44,841 nucleotides of DNA from Parcubacteria bacterium OLB19 (GTDB lineage Bacteria > Patescibacteriota > Minisyncoccia > Phycocordibacterales > UBA918): assembly GCA_001567365.1 (NCBI GenBank), contig JZEL01000027.1, positions 1-44,841 on the forward strand, in the 5' to 3' direction. The position numbers were made by a program, and so were the translations under genes. The notes under the pieces were generated by a model, which saw only the letters and a program-made list of their open reading frames with translations, searched no databases and was not told the DNA's origin. The first letter of the stretch is position 1, and every line of letters starts with the position of its first letter. This document shows, piece by piece, positions 36,227 through 44,841 of this stretch.

Positions 36227-36416
36227 AGTGGGACAATCATAGCAAAAACTAATAAATAGTCAATTAGGTAAATGGATAGCGTTCTGTAGTTTTTTCCATA
36301 GAAAGGTTTATAAATGAAAGTTGGGTAAAATTAGAAATAAATTATTAATTAGTAGTTTATAATATAGGCTGGTTTCCAATTATTTAAACAATTGGAATTA
36401 TTTAATTACATAATTT

Positions 36417-38408
36417 ATGAAAGCACTATTAACCCCCATCCTCACCCTCGCTCTAATTTTCACCGCTGTTCCCGCCGAAGCATACACCTTCACCACCAAC
36501 CTCCAACTCGGCTCCGCCGGAGAAGAAGTAAAACAACTTCAAGTCACTCTCAACCAAGACCCAACTACTCAAGTAGCCACCACTGGTCCTGGTTCACCAG
36601 GTAACGAAACTACTTATTTCGGTCCAGCTACCAAAGCGGCGGTAATCAAGTTCCAGAATAAGTATGCTAGTGAAGTACTATATCCAGCTGGTCTCTATAC
36701 CGGTTCTGGTTACTTTGGCCCTTTAACAAGAGCGAAGATGAATACTATAAAGTCTGGTGCTGTTACTACCGCTACTACCTCACAAACTCAAAAAAGTGGA
36801 AGTACTCCTACTACCACCACTGATGTCACGATGACAAAAACTCAAGAACAAATACTTGCTCAAAGCTACACAGATCCAGCTGGTGCAACCCAAAAGACTA
36901 CCACTAGTGGCAAAAGCCAACAAAATCGTGACACCGCATCACCGACAACTCCCACAAATCTTATTTTAAACGAAAAAACCTCAAATTCAGTTCGCTTGTC
37001 ATGGACAGCCTCTATGGACCAAGTGATTAATGGTAAAACTACTTCAGGTGTCTCACACTACCTAGTTAAATACAACACCATTACCACCACTATCTACACC
37101 AACAGTGCCTATATCATCAACCTCACACCCAACACCTCATACAGCTTCACTGTTACCGCCGTAGATAAAGAAGGTAACAAATCTAAAGCCTCATCACCTT
37201 TATCAGTCACTACTAGTCAAGAACCTACCAATAACGTTCCACCATCTATCAGTGGCACTCCAGCCACCACCACCATCATTGGTGATGTCTATACCTTTAC
37301 GCCAATTGCTACTGATCAAAACGGTGACCCGCTAACCTTCAGTATTACCAACAAACCAACCTGGGCTACCTTTGATACCAAGACTGGTAAATTAACTGGT
37401 ACCCCAACCGCTACTGGTACTCATAGCAACATCACTATCTCTGTGACTGACGGCAAAATGGGAGCCTTATCATTACCAGTGTTCTCTATTGTTGTGACTG
37501 ATAAGACACCGACGGCTAAACTTATCTTTAAAACTGATTTTGGGAAGGGTACTTATCTTGGAGACTTGTATGGATATTATACTAGCGGAAAAGGTGCTTT
37601 CCAGGATATAAAAGGAAAAGACAGTGTGACTGGTTATAGTTGGCCTATTAGCGGTATACCAGCCCAGTATTTCTCGGGAATACAATGGATTACTCACGAT
37701 GTGGTTAGTTCAACTACAATTAAAGATCACATCAGTACCGAAATTAGAGAAGTGACAGGTCCGAATGGAACACCTGTGAATGAATTGTTTATGAGTGTTA
37801 ATAAAAAAGGACCACTAGGTATTGGTGTGGCGCAAGCTCAGTTTATGGTAACTAGGAGTCATAAATATGGTGATATAAATGACATGTATATCAGCTACTG
37901 GGCTAAGCATCCAGCTGACCTCATAAATAAACTTGATCCAAGTGTTTCATCGGGGAACTGGCATGCACAGTTTGAATTTAAAACCGGAGGATATCTTGAT
38001 TCTTGGGAGGGTGATTATCGTATTCAAACCACTATTTTGAAAAATACAGAAGGAAAACTTTATTGGATGTCAAAAGGAGATAATGTGGCCAATGGTCCAT
38101 GGCCACGAGTGGATTATTGGGTAGAGCGAAATTACGATGTTCCGGTACCATTAGATAAATGGTTTAAATTTGAAGTCTTCTGGCATCGTTCCTCTGGTGC
38201 TGATGGTCGCTATTGGGCGGCGGTTGACGGACAAGTAGTGGTTGATCACTGGGGTCCAAACATGGGTGACTACAAACTACCAATCAATAGAATCTTTATC
38301 ACGACTGCTTATAGTGGTGGACATCCTCCGGTACAGGCACGCTTAACTGGATTAGAGATCTGGGACAGTTTCCCTTGCGGAGTGGGAGTGTCTTGTTACA
38401 AGAAATAG
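36417..38408 (+). CDS. Secreted multidomain surface protein: PG-binding domain, Thr-rich linker, FN3, Ig-like (He_PIG/cadherin-like) domain, C-terminal ConA-like/polysaccharide-lyase-like domain
   Basis: Signal peptide ...[10 protein letters not shown]_binding_1-like [18 protein letters not shown]...[15 protein letters not shown]3 ([21 protein letters not shown]...[15 protein letters not shown]). [34 protein letters not shown]...[22 protein letters not shown]. The C-terminal beta-rich domain has [11 protein letters not shown]...WFKFEVFWH. Confidence 0.75.
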   Translation: MKALLTPILTLALIFTAVPAEAYTFTTNLQLGSAGEEVKQLQVTLNQDPTTQVATTGPGSPGNETTYFGPATKAAVIKFQNKYASEVLYPAGLYTGSGYFGPLTRAKMNTIKSGAVTTATTSQTQKSGSTPTTTTDVTMTKTQEQILAQSYTDPAGATQKTTTSGKSQQNRDTASPTTPTNLILNEKTSNSVRLSWTASMDQVINGKTTSGVSHYLVKYNTITTTIYTNSAYIINLTPNTSYSFTVTAVDKEGNKSKASSPLSVTTSQEPTNNVPPSISGTPATTTIIGDVYTFTPIATDQNGDPLTFSITNKPTWATFDTKTGKLTGTPTATGTHSNITISVTDGKMGALSLPVFSIVVTDKTPTAKLIFKTDFGKGTYLGDLYGYYTSGKGAFQDIKGKDSVTGYSWPISGIPAQYFSGIQWITHDVVSSTTIKDHISTEIREVTGPNGTPVNELFMSVNKKGPLGIGVAQAQFMVTRSHKYGDINDMYISYWAKHPADLINKLDPSVSSGNWHAQFEFKTGGYLDSWEGDYRIQTTILKNTEGKLYWMSKGDNVANGPWPRVDYWVERNYDVPVPLDKWFKFEVFWHRSSGADGRYWAAVDGQVVVDHWGPNMGDYKLPINRIFITTAYSGGHPPVQARLTGLEIWDSFPCGVGVSCYKK

Positions 38409-38431
38409 ATAATCCACAAAAACTATTAAAC

Positions 38432-38469
38432 ATCACACAAAAGCCACTAGTAGTGGCTTTTTGTGTGAT
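38432..38469. terminator. Bidirectional terminator
   Basis: ATCACACAAAAGCCACTA G TAGTGGCTTTTTGTGTGAT. Confidence 0.85.
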
Positions 38470-38482
38470 TTCTCTTTTGTTT

Positions 38483-39610
38483 TTAGGCTACTTGTAGAAT
38501 AAATGGATTTTCACCAATACTATTATAAATGATTTCAAGTTCTTTTTTTATTACTTTGATATCATGTTTATCCTCAAGACTCAATGAGTTCTCATTTTGT
38601 TCTAAGATTTTTATTTCGTCATCGATCCAAATATAAGCGATACGTTGATCAATTTTTCCAATACGAACCTCTTCAAGAATTATTCGCAATGCTTTTGGTT
38701 TGGAGAAACCTTTTTTATTATACGAGCGTGATGCTGTTAGGGCCTCTGTCATATCAGCGATACGGATAAGTTCAGCCATATCAACACTTATTTGGAGTGC
38801 GTCTACAGTTAATTCATAAGGTGACCCGTTACCATGATAGTTGTGATGTGCCCCGGCTAGGCTACTTTCGATTGTAAAGTTAAGTTCAGCTAAAATTTTC
38901 TCAGAAAATGATTCGTGCATTTTTATTATGTCCATAAGAGACAAATCCAAACTAAATCCTCTTTTGTGTAATAGTTGCTGTTCTTCATCTGAAAGTATGT
39001 GTTTGACTGGTACGAAATGCACCGAGCGTAAATTGTACTTATTCAATAATTCTTCAAGATCTGATATTTCATCAATAGTAATATCTTCACCGGTATGTTC
39101 TTCTAGCTTACTCAGAACGAAGTCGTCCTTATTGATGATAACCAGTTCGCGCAGATAAAGATTCATCTCCTCGTGATTGATTGAATTATTTATAACAAAA
39201 TTAGGTATTTCCACTTTTCCGACATCGTGCAAAAGACAAGCACGGAAAAATTGTTCTGGCGTAACACCTTCCTTGGCAAAAAGATTTGTTAATACAACAC
39301 CAAAAGCTAGTTCCTTTTCCGTTTTTTCCTTAGCTATTGTGTATGTTTCGAGTGAATGTAAAGCTAATTCTTCATCGTAAAGGTCAAGGATGGCAAAAAT
39401 TTCCAGATCAATTTCAGTCAGAAAATCAATACTCGACAAATCACGTTCATATTTTTTGTAGGTAGTGGCAACAGCTGATTCTAGTAAACACTTATCTAAC
39501 AACTCATTTCTGATAGCAGAAAAATCACCCTGTTTTGCAATTTCTTTAGCTAAGAGGTAATTATTTTCAAAAATTGAACTCTCGTTTAAAAATACTTCAT
39601 CGTTTTTCAT
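38483..39610 (-). CDS. HD-domain phosphohydrolase, HD-GYP-like with a degenerate GYP motif
   Basis: LLHDVGKVEIP (HD dyad) and AGAHHNYHGNGSPY, which resembles HHE..DG.GYP. Confidence 0.65.
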   Translation of the reverse strand: MKNDEVFLNESSIFENNYLLAKEIAKQGDFSAIRNELLDKCLLESAVATTYKKYERDLSSIDFLTEIDLEIFAILDLYDEELALHSLETYTIAKEKTEKELAFGVVLTNLFAKEGVTPEQFFRACLLHDVGKVEIPNFVINNSINHEEMNLYLRELVIINKDDFVLSKLEEHTGEDITIDEISDLEELLNKYNLRSVHFVPVKHILSDEEQQLLHKRGFSLDLSLMDIIKMHESFSEKILAELNFTIESSLAGAHHNYHGNGSPYELTVDALQISVDMAELIRIADMTEALTASRSYNKKGFSKPKALRIILEEVRIGKIDQRIAYIWIDDEIKILEQNENSLSLEDKHDIKVIKKELEIIYNSIGENPFILQVA

Positions 39611-39773
39611 GGTTGAATTCGCATTATTACATAAGTTAGTTCTCGTGACTAGCTGTTGATTATTTTTTTGTATATATAAACAGCTGTGTCAGATGGTTGG
39701 TAATCGAATCATGATATTATGTTGAATAACTACTAAACGGGCGTCTTTTAGGGTGTGTAGTTTTTATTGGTTT

Positions 39774-40981
39774 ATGAAAGTACTTACCTTTGGTTGGGAG
39801 TTTCCGCCGGCTTTGAGTGGCGGTCTTGGTGTTGCTTGTTATAGCCTAACTCGTGAATTATTAGAGAAGGGAGTTGAGGTAATATTTGTTTTACCAAGAA
39901 AACAGGAAACAATCGGTGATTTAAAATTCGTTTTTGCTGATCAGCAAAAACGAGTTAAATTTAGAGAAGTTTCCTCAGCCTTGCGTCCGTACAGTTCAAC
40001 CAACAGTTTAGTTATTACATTGACGGCTATAAAGATGGTAAGCCAATCATTAAAACTAGAACAATAATGGAGGAAGCGTATCGTTTTGCTAATCAAGCAG
40101 CACTTATAGCTGAAGATGAAGATTTTGATATTATTCACGCTCATGACTGGGTGGCATATTTGGCCGGTGTCTCGGCCAAGAGAGTGAGTGGTAAGCCTTT
40201 GATTTTACATGTTCATGCCACTTCCTATGATCAAGCGGCTAGTGATAATGTTGATCCTGGGATTTTGAAAATTGAAAAAGAATGTTTCCAAGAAGCTGAT
40301 AAAATAGTAACAGTTAGCAATTTCACTAAAGATATAATTGTAAATAAACACGGAGTTGATCCTAAAAAAGTGGAGGTGGTACATAATGGTTGTGATGTAA
40401 CAGAGCCACCACGTCATGCTACAACCTTAAGAGGACTCAAGGAACAAGGTAAGAAAATCATTCTCTATCATGGTAGAATTACCATACAAAAAGGGGTTGA
40501 CTATTTCGTCAGTGCTGCCAGAAGAGTGGTGGATGTTGACCCTAATGTTGTGTTTGTTATTTCTGGTAGTGGTGATATGGCTCATCGTATTATGCATCAA
40601 GTTGGTTCTATGTCGTTGTCAAAGAATGTAATTTTTGCCGGAGCTCTTTGGGGAGAAGATAGAGATCGTATGTATCAGAGCGCTGATTTGTTGGTGATGC
40701 CTTCGGTGTCAGAACCTTTTGGCTTGGTACCACTCGAAGCTCTTCAGCATGGGACACCTGCCCTTATTAGTAAGCAGTCAGGTGTGGCTGAAGTGATGAT
40801 ACATGTTTTGAAGGTTGATTTTTGGGATGTAGAGGAAATGGCTAATAAAATTTTGGCCACCTTACGCTATCCAGTCATGCGGGAGCAAATGGTTCAGGAA
40901 GGGAAAAGGAGTTTATTCACAATTTCGTGGCGTGAGGCGGCTAATAAGGTTATACAACTCTACAGAAATTTATTAAAATAG
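39774..40981 (+). pseudogene. GT4-type glycosyltransferase (glycogen/alpha-glucan synthase-like) split by a -1 frame change
   Basis: MKVLTFGWEFPPALSGGLGVAC (N-terminus) sits in one frame. YIDGYKDGKPII..EEAYRFANQ...FDIIHAHDW...HVHATSYDQ...EPFGLVPLEALQHGTP sits in the next. The junction is near TTT 40007-40009 and one base appears to be missing. Confidence 0.85.
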
Positions 40982-40988
40982 TTTACAC

Positions 40989-42386
40989 ATGCTCACGGTT
41001 TGCCCATATTTCCATGTTCACCAACCTTTTCGTGTCAAAAGATATAGAGTTTTTGATATTGGTAATGATAACGAATATTTTAACGAAGATAGTGAGACTG
41101 ATTTAAATAATCGCCGTATAGTTGAAAAGGTTGCCAATAAATCCTATCGACCAACTAACAAAATACTGCAAGAATTACTTGATAATCATGAAGACTTTCG
41201 CTTCGCTCTATCTTTTTCTGGTACGGCTCTTGAACAGTTTGAAAAATATACTCCTGATGTACTTGAATCTTTTCAAAAACTGGTGGCCAGTGGAAGGGTG
41301 GAAATTTTGGCAGATACCTACCATCATTCTTTAGCTTTTTTCTATTCAGTACCAGAGTTTGAAAGACAGGTGAAACAACATGAAAATAAAATCAAAAGTT
41401 TATTTGGTGTTACACCGAGAGTTTTTCGTAACACGGAGTTATCTTACAGAAACGATTTGGCTAAGTGGTGCGAAGATAATGGATATTTAGGTATTATGGC
41501 GGAAGGCTGGGGTAAGTATCTTGGTTGGAGAAGTCCTAATTTTCTTTATCAACCACCAGCTTGTGGCAAAATAAAAGTATTACTAAAAAATTATAAGTTG
41601 TCGGACGACGTTGCTTTTCGTTTTGGTAACAGAGGTTGGGAAAGTTGGCCTCTTACAGCTGACACATATGCTGGTTGGATCCATTCACATCATGGTAATG
41701 GACAAACTATAAATTTGTTCATGGACTATGAAACTTTTGGTGAACATCAATGGGAGGATACTGGTATCTTTGATTTTTTAAGAAGTTTACCAAGTGTATT
41801 AACACAACACCCAGATACAACATTTAAAACTCCAACTGAAACAGTTCTAAGTTATGATGCTGTAGGCGTGATTGATGTGCCTGAGATTCTTACTTGGGCA
41901 GATACAGACAGGGATTTAACGGCTTGGACAGGTAATGATATTCAGCGCGATGCTATAAATGCTACCTACGGCATGGAATCACAAGTGTTACAAACTGGTG
42001 ATGAAAATATAATTGAAACTTGGCGCAAGTTGCAAACATCAGACCATTTTTATTACATGTGCACTAAGTGGTCTAATGACGGCGATGTACACGCGTATTT
42101 CAGTCCTTACCAATCCCCATATGACGCATATATCGCTTTCATGAACGCCTTAAGTGATTTACAATTAAGGGTGAATCGTATTAATCAGACGTTAGTGGTA
42201 GAACAATCAGTGACTGATGTGTCAGTGGCTGAGGTGGAGATAGAGGAGGTAATACGGGAGAAGTTGAGGGTAGAAGAAGAAAGTGAAGAGACACCAGTGG
42301 TATCATGGTGGTTAAGATTGAAGAGCAGTTTAAAGTCGTGGTTTATGAAGATACCGTTCTTTAGTAATTCTCGAAAGAGAGATTAG
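40989..42386 (+). CDS. Glycoside hydrolase family 57 (alpha-amylase/branching-enzyme type)
   Basis: N-terminal FHVHQPFR, TYHHSL, the MDYETFGEH catalytic-region pattern, and WADTDRDLTAW. Confidence 0.85.
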   Translation: MLTVCPYFHVHQPFRVKRYRVFDIGNDNEYFNEDSETDLNNRRIVEKVANKSYRPTNKILQELLDNHEDFRFALSFSGTALEQFEKYTPDVLESFQKLVASGRVEILADTYHHSLAFFYSVPEFERQVKQHENKIKSLFGVTPRVFRNTELSYRNDLAKWCEDNGYLGIMAEGWGKYLGWRSPNFLYQPPACGKIKVLLKNYKLSDDVAFRFGNRGWESWPLTADTYAGWIHSHHGNGQTINLFMDYETFGEHQWEDTGIFDFLRSLPSVLTQHPDTTFKTPTETVLSYDAVGVIDVPEILTWADTDRDLTAWTGNDIQRDAINATYGMESQVLQTGDENIIETWRKLQTSDHFYYMCTKWSNDGDVHAYFSPYQSPYDAYIAFMNALSDLQLRVNRINQTLVVEQSVTDVSVAEVEIEEVIREKLRVEEESEETPVVSWWLRLKSSLKSWFMKIPFFSNSRKRD

Positions 42387-42398
42387 TTCTTAATTTAT

Positions 42399-42807
42399 AT
42401 GCCAAAAAAAACAACTACAACCACAACAAAAACTATTAAAACCAATAATAAGCCTAGTGTTAAAACAGCTAAAAAAAGTTGTAGAAAAAAAAGATACTGT
42501 ATCAACTTTGTCTAAAACTACAAAAAAAACTACCACAAAAAAGGATTTGGTTTGTGCTGATGACGAGAGATCGTTTTGGGTAACTAACGGCCAGATTTTA
42601 AATAGTCTAGTAGCTCTAAATGAAGCTTTTCAAGAAATGGAAAAAACTGTTTTTTCTCATCATGTATCAAAAGATAAAAATGATTTTGCTGAGTGGGTGG
42701 AATTAGTCTTAGGTGATAATGAGTGTGCTAAGGATTTGCGTAATGCAAAGACACTTACTTCAGCTCGTGGTGTAGTAACAAAGCATTTAAAGTCGTACAA
42801 GATTTAG
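42399..42807 (+). pseudogene. Small Lys/Thr-rich protein conserved next to glucan enzymes, +1 break at an A7 run
   Basis: MPKKTTTTTTKTIKTNNKPSVKTAKK joins VVEKKDTVST...ERSFWVTNGQILNSLVALNEAFQEM...FSHHVSKDKNDFAEWV if one A is removed from 42471-42477. Confidence 0.55.
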
Positions 42808-42814
42808 TTTATTC

Positions 42815-44790
42815 ATGGCTAGAGCTATCACGATTGGGAATGGAAATTTATTGATAGGTCTTGATCGACGAGGTCAGGTGCGTGATTTGTATTATCCGTT
42901 TGTTGGTGAATCCAATCATGTGAGCGGAGCTAGCGGAAGTTTTTGTTCATCGTATCGGTGTCTTTGTGGATGGTGCTTTGTCTTGGCTCGATGATAATGA
43001 TTGGCGTATTTCTATCGGTTCACCCGAACACGCGTCAATCGGTAGTATGTTTGCGGTTAATGACAAGATTGGTATTAGTCTTACTAGTAAGGAGGCTGTT
43101 CATAACGAGCAAAATGTTTTTATTCGACATTTTACTATCACCAATAATGGCGATAAGAAACGCGAAGTTAAACTTTTTTTTATCGCAGCAATTTCGCATA
43201 TCAGAATCAAGGCGTGGCGATACCGCTTTTTATGATCCACGAGTAAATGCAATAGTTCACTATAAAGGTAATATTGTTTTTTTAATAAATGCATTTATAA
43301 ATGATAAGCAGTTTTCTGATTATAATATTGGTTTATTTGGTATCGAAGGAAAGGAGGGGACGTATTTTGATGCTGTAGATGGAGTGTTGGAGAGAAATCC
43401 GATTGAACATGGGTCAGTGGATTCGATTATAGGTTTAACCTCGGATGTCGTTCCTGGCGGTAGTGTCGAGGCTTATTACTGGATTACTTGTGGTGATTCT
43501 ATCCCTCTAGTACACACGCTTGACGAATATATCATTACTGAACGTCCAGAGCGGATAATCGCTACCACAGAAGCTTATTGGCGAGCTTGGCTTGAAAAGG
43601 AAACTAGAGATCTTTCGATTTTACCTGCACCTCTTAAGGAATTGTATAACCGCTCTCTAATTACTATGAGAATACATAACGATAATCGTGGAGGAATTAT
43701 CGCTTCTAGTGACACTGATATGCTTCACCATGGTCGTGATACATACAGCTATGTTTGGCCTAGAGATGCGGCCTTTATCGCTTTGGCCTTAGATGTAGCT
43801 GGTCACGATGATGTGGTTCAACGTTTTTATTCTTTTATTGCAGAAAGAATTGAACCAGGAGGCTATTTGATGCATAAATATCGCACTGATGGAGCTATTG
43901 GTAGCTCTTGGCACCCTTGGATGCAGAATGGAAAACCGCATTTACCGATTCAAGAAGATGAGACAGCTTCGATTATTTTTACTTTATGGAAACATTATGA
44001 GCGTAATCGGGATCTTGAGTTTATTGAATCTTTATATAATCCATTTATAGAACCAGCTATAAAGTTTATGTGTGAGTATATTGAACCGACAACAGGTCTA
44101 CCTCAGGCATCTTATGATCTGTGGGAGGAAAAATATGGTACATCTACTTATACCTCTGCCTCTGTTTATGGTGCGCTTATGGCTGGTTCGCGTTTTGCAA
44201 TGATGCTTGGAAAAGATGATGATGCTCGCACCTGCCAAGCTATAGCACAAAGAATGCAAACAGCAATTGGTAATATTTTGTATGACAGTGAACAGCAGAT
44301 GTTTGTAAAACATGTTGTACATAGAGATGATGGAGAATTGGAATTTGACCGAACATTAGATACCAGTAGTTTTTACGGATTGTTGTTGTTTGATGTGTTT
44401 GATGTTGATGATGAGAAGATTGAAAAGTCGGCTAAGACCGTGATGAATAAATTACAGGTTCAAGCTAGCAGTAAAGGATTTGTACGCTATGAAAATGATG
44501 CTTATTATCGTATGCAGGATGCTGGGTCACCCAATCCGTGGGTAATAACTACTTTGTGGATGGCAGAATATCTAATAAGGAAGGCTAAAAGCAAAAAGGA
44601 TCTAAAAGCCCCGTTGGAACTTTTAGAGTGGACATGTTCTCATGCCACAACCGGTGGGGTTTTGGCTGAGCAAATGCATCCTTATACTCGCGAACATCTA
44701 TCAACTGCACCATTAATTTGGAGTCATGCTGAGTATGTACTGGCGGTTAATGAATATTTGAAGAAAATAGAGGAGTTTGGTGGTAAATAA
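42815..44790 (+). pseudogene. GH15 glucoamylase-type glycoside hydrolase spread over three frames (two +1 shifts at T runs)
   Basis: MARAITIGNGNLLIGLDRRGQVRDLYYPFVGESNHVSGASGS (frame 1), then VHRIGVFVDGALSWLDDNDWRI...NNGDKKREVKLF (frame 2), then SQQFRISESRRGDTAFYDP...YSYVWPRDAAF...LPIQEDETA...YDLWEE...WSHAEY (frame 3). The breaks are at T5 42940-42944 and T8 43174-43181. Confidence 0.88.
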
Positions 44791-44802
44791 TTTAAAATGA
44801 AC

Positions 44803-44822
44803 CCCGCGCGTAGGCGCGGGGT
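44803..44822 (+). terminator. Terminator hairpin with the same 20-nt GC core as 26220-26239
   Basis: CCCCGCGC GTAG GCGCGGGG, 12 nt after the GH15 stop and flanked by A/T tracts. Confidence 0.8.
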
Positions 44823-44841
44823 GATTTTAAATTTAATTTTA

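Noticed and set aside
42943-43235. The N-terminus MFIVSVSLWMVLCLG... of ORF 42943-44790 as a signal peptide, and ORF 42966-43235 as a separate gene.
   Set aside because: Both are out-of-frame or partial readings of the GH15 N-terminal domain. The true N-terminus (MARAITIGNGNLL...) starts at 42815.
1-44841. CRISPR arrays, IS elements, integrases, reverse transcriptases, toxin-antitoxin or known defence operons.
   Set aside because: I saw no regularly spaced direct repeats. No translated ORF carries transposase (DDE), tyrosine or serine recombinase, RT (YxDD), Cas, or restriction-modification motifs.
1-44841. An alternative genetic code (UGA recoding, as in Gracilibacteria/SR1) as the explanation for the broken genes.
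   Set aside because: Long conserved genes are closed normally under the standard code. At every break the homologous sequence continues in a different frame rather than through an in-frame stop.

Overview
This is an AT-rich, gene-dense bacterial chromosome segment. I infer a Patescibacteria/CPR (Parcubacteria-like) genome from gene content only: a short RSH, class I FBA, a GT4/GH57/GH15 glycogen set, a UvrD-nuclease fusion, a PG-binding/FN3 surface protein, many small membrane proteins, and tight intergenic regions with GC-stem hairpin terminators.

I can support about 47 protein genes and one tRNA-Gln(CUG). Two short genes fall below the ORF track's size cut-off: rpmG/L33 at 36047-36226 and a 45-aa prepilin-type peptide at 19823-19960. 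The housekeeping core is relA/spoT, topA, serS, dus, dnaX, lysA, uppP, hisS, prmC and fba.

I found no CRISPR array, rRNA, transposase, integrase, reverse transcriptase or recognisable defence operon. I cannot point to a clear new multi-gene system.

The most unusual observations are:
1. The tRNA-Gln locus. The tRNA is followed by a GC-rich structured element of about 145 nt that ends in an exact 19-nt copy of the tRNA 3' end plus CCA. A third tRNA-Gln relic lies 1.4 kb further on, and the two bracket a Gly-rich membrane protein gene.
2. A 52-nt direct duplication of the dprA 3' end flanking a small membrane-protein cassette.
3. About a dozen frame breaks, each at or next to a short or long A/T run (two of them only tentative), in dprA, GT4, GH15, GGDEF and several small genes. 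Homology continues in a neighbouring frame in each case. These are either homopolymer assembly errors or real gene decay/phase variation.
4. A minimal helix-only pilin-like gene.
5. A compositionally mosaic surface-protein gene.
6. Recurrent -10 box-N6/7-ATG geometry suggesting leaderless mRNAs.

All protein calls come from motifs read by eye in the supplied translations. No database search was run.
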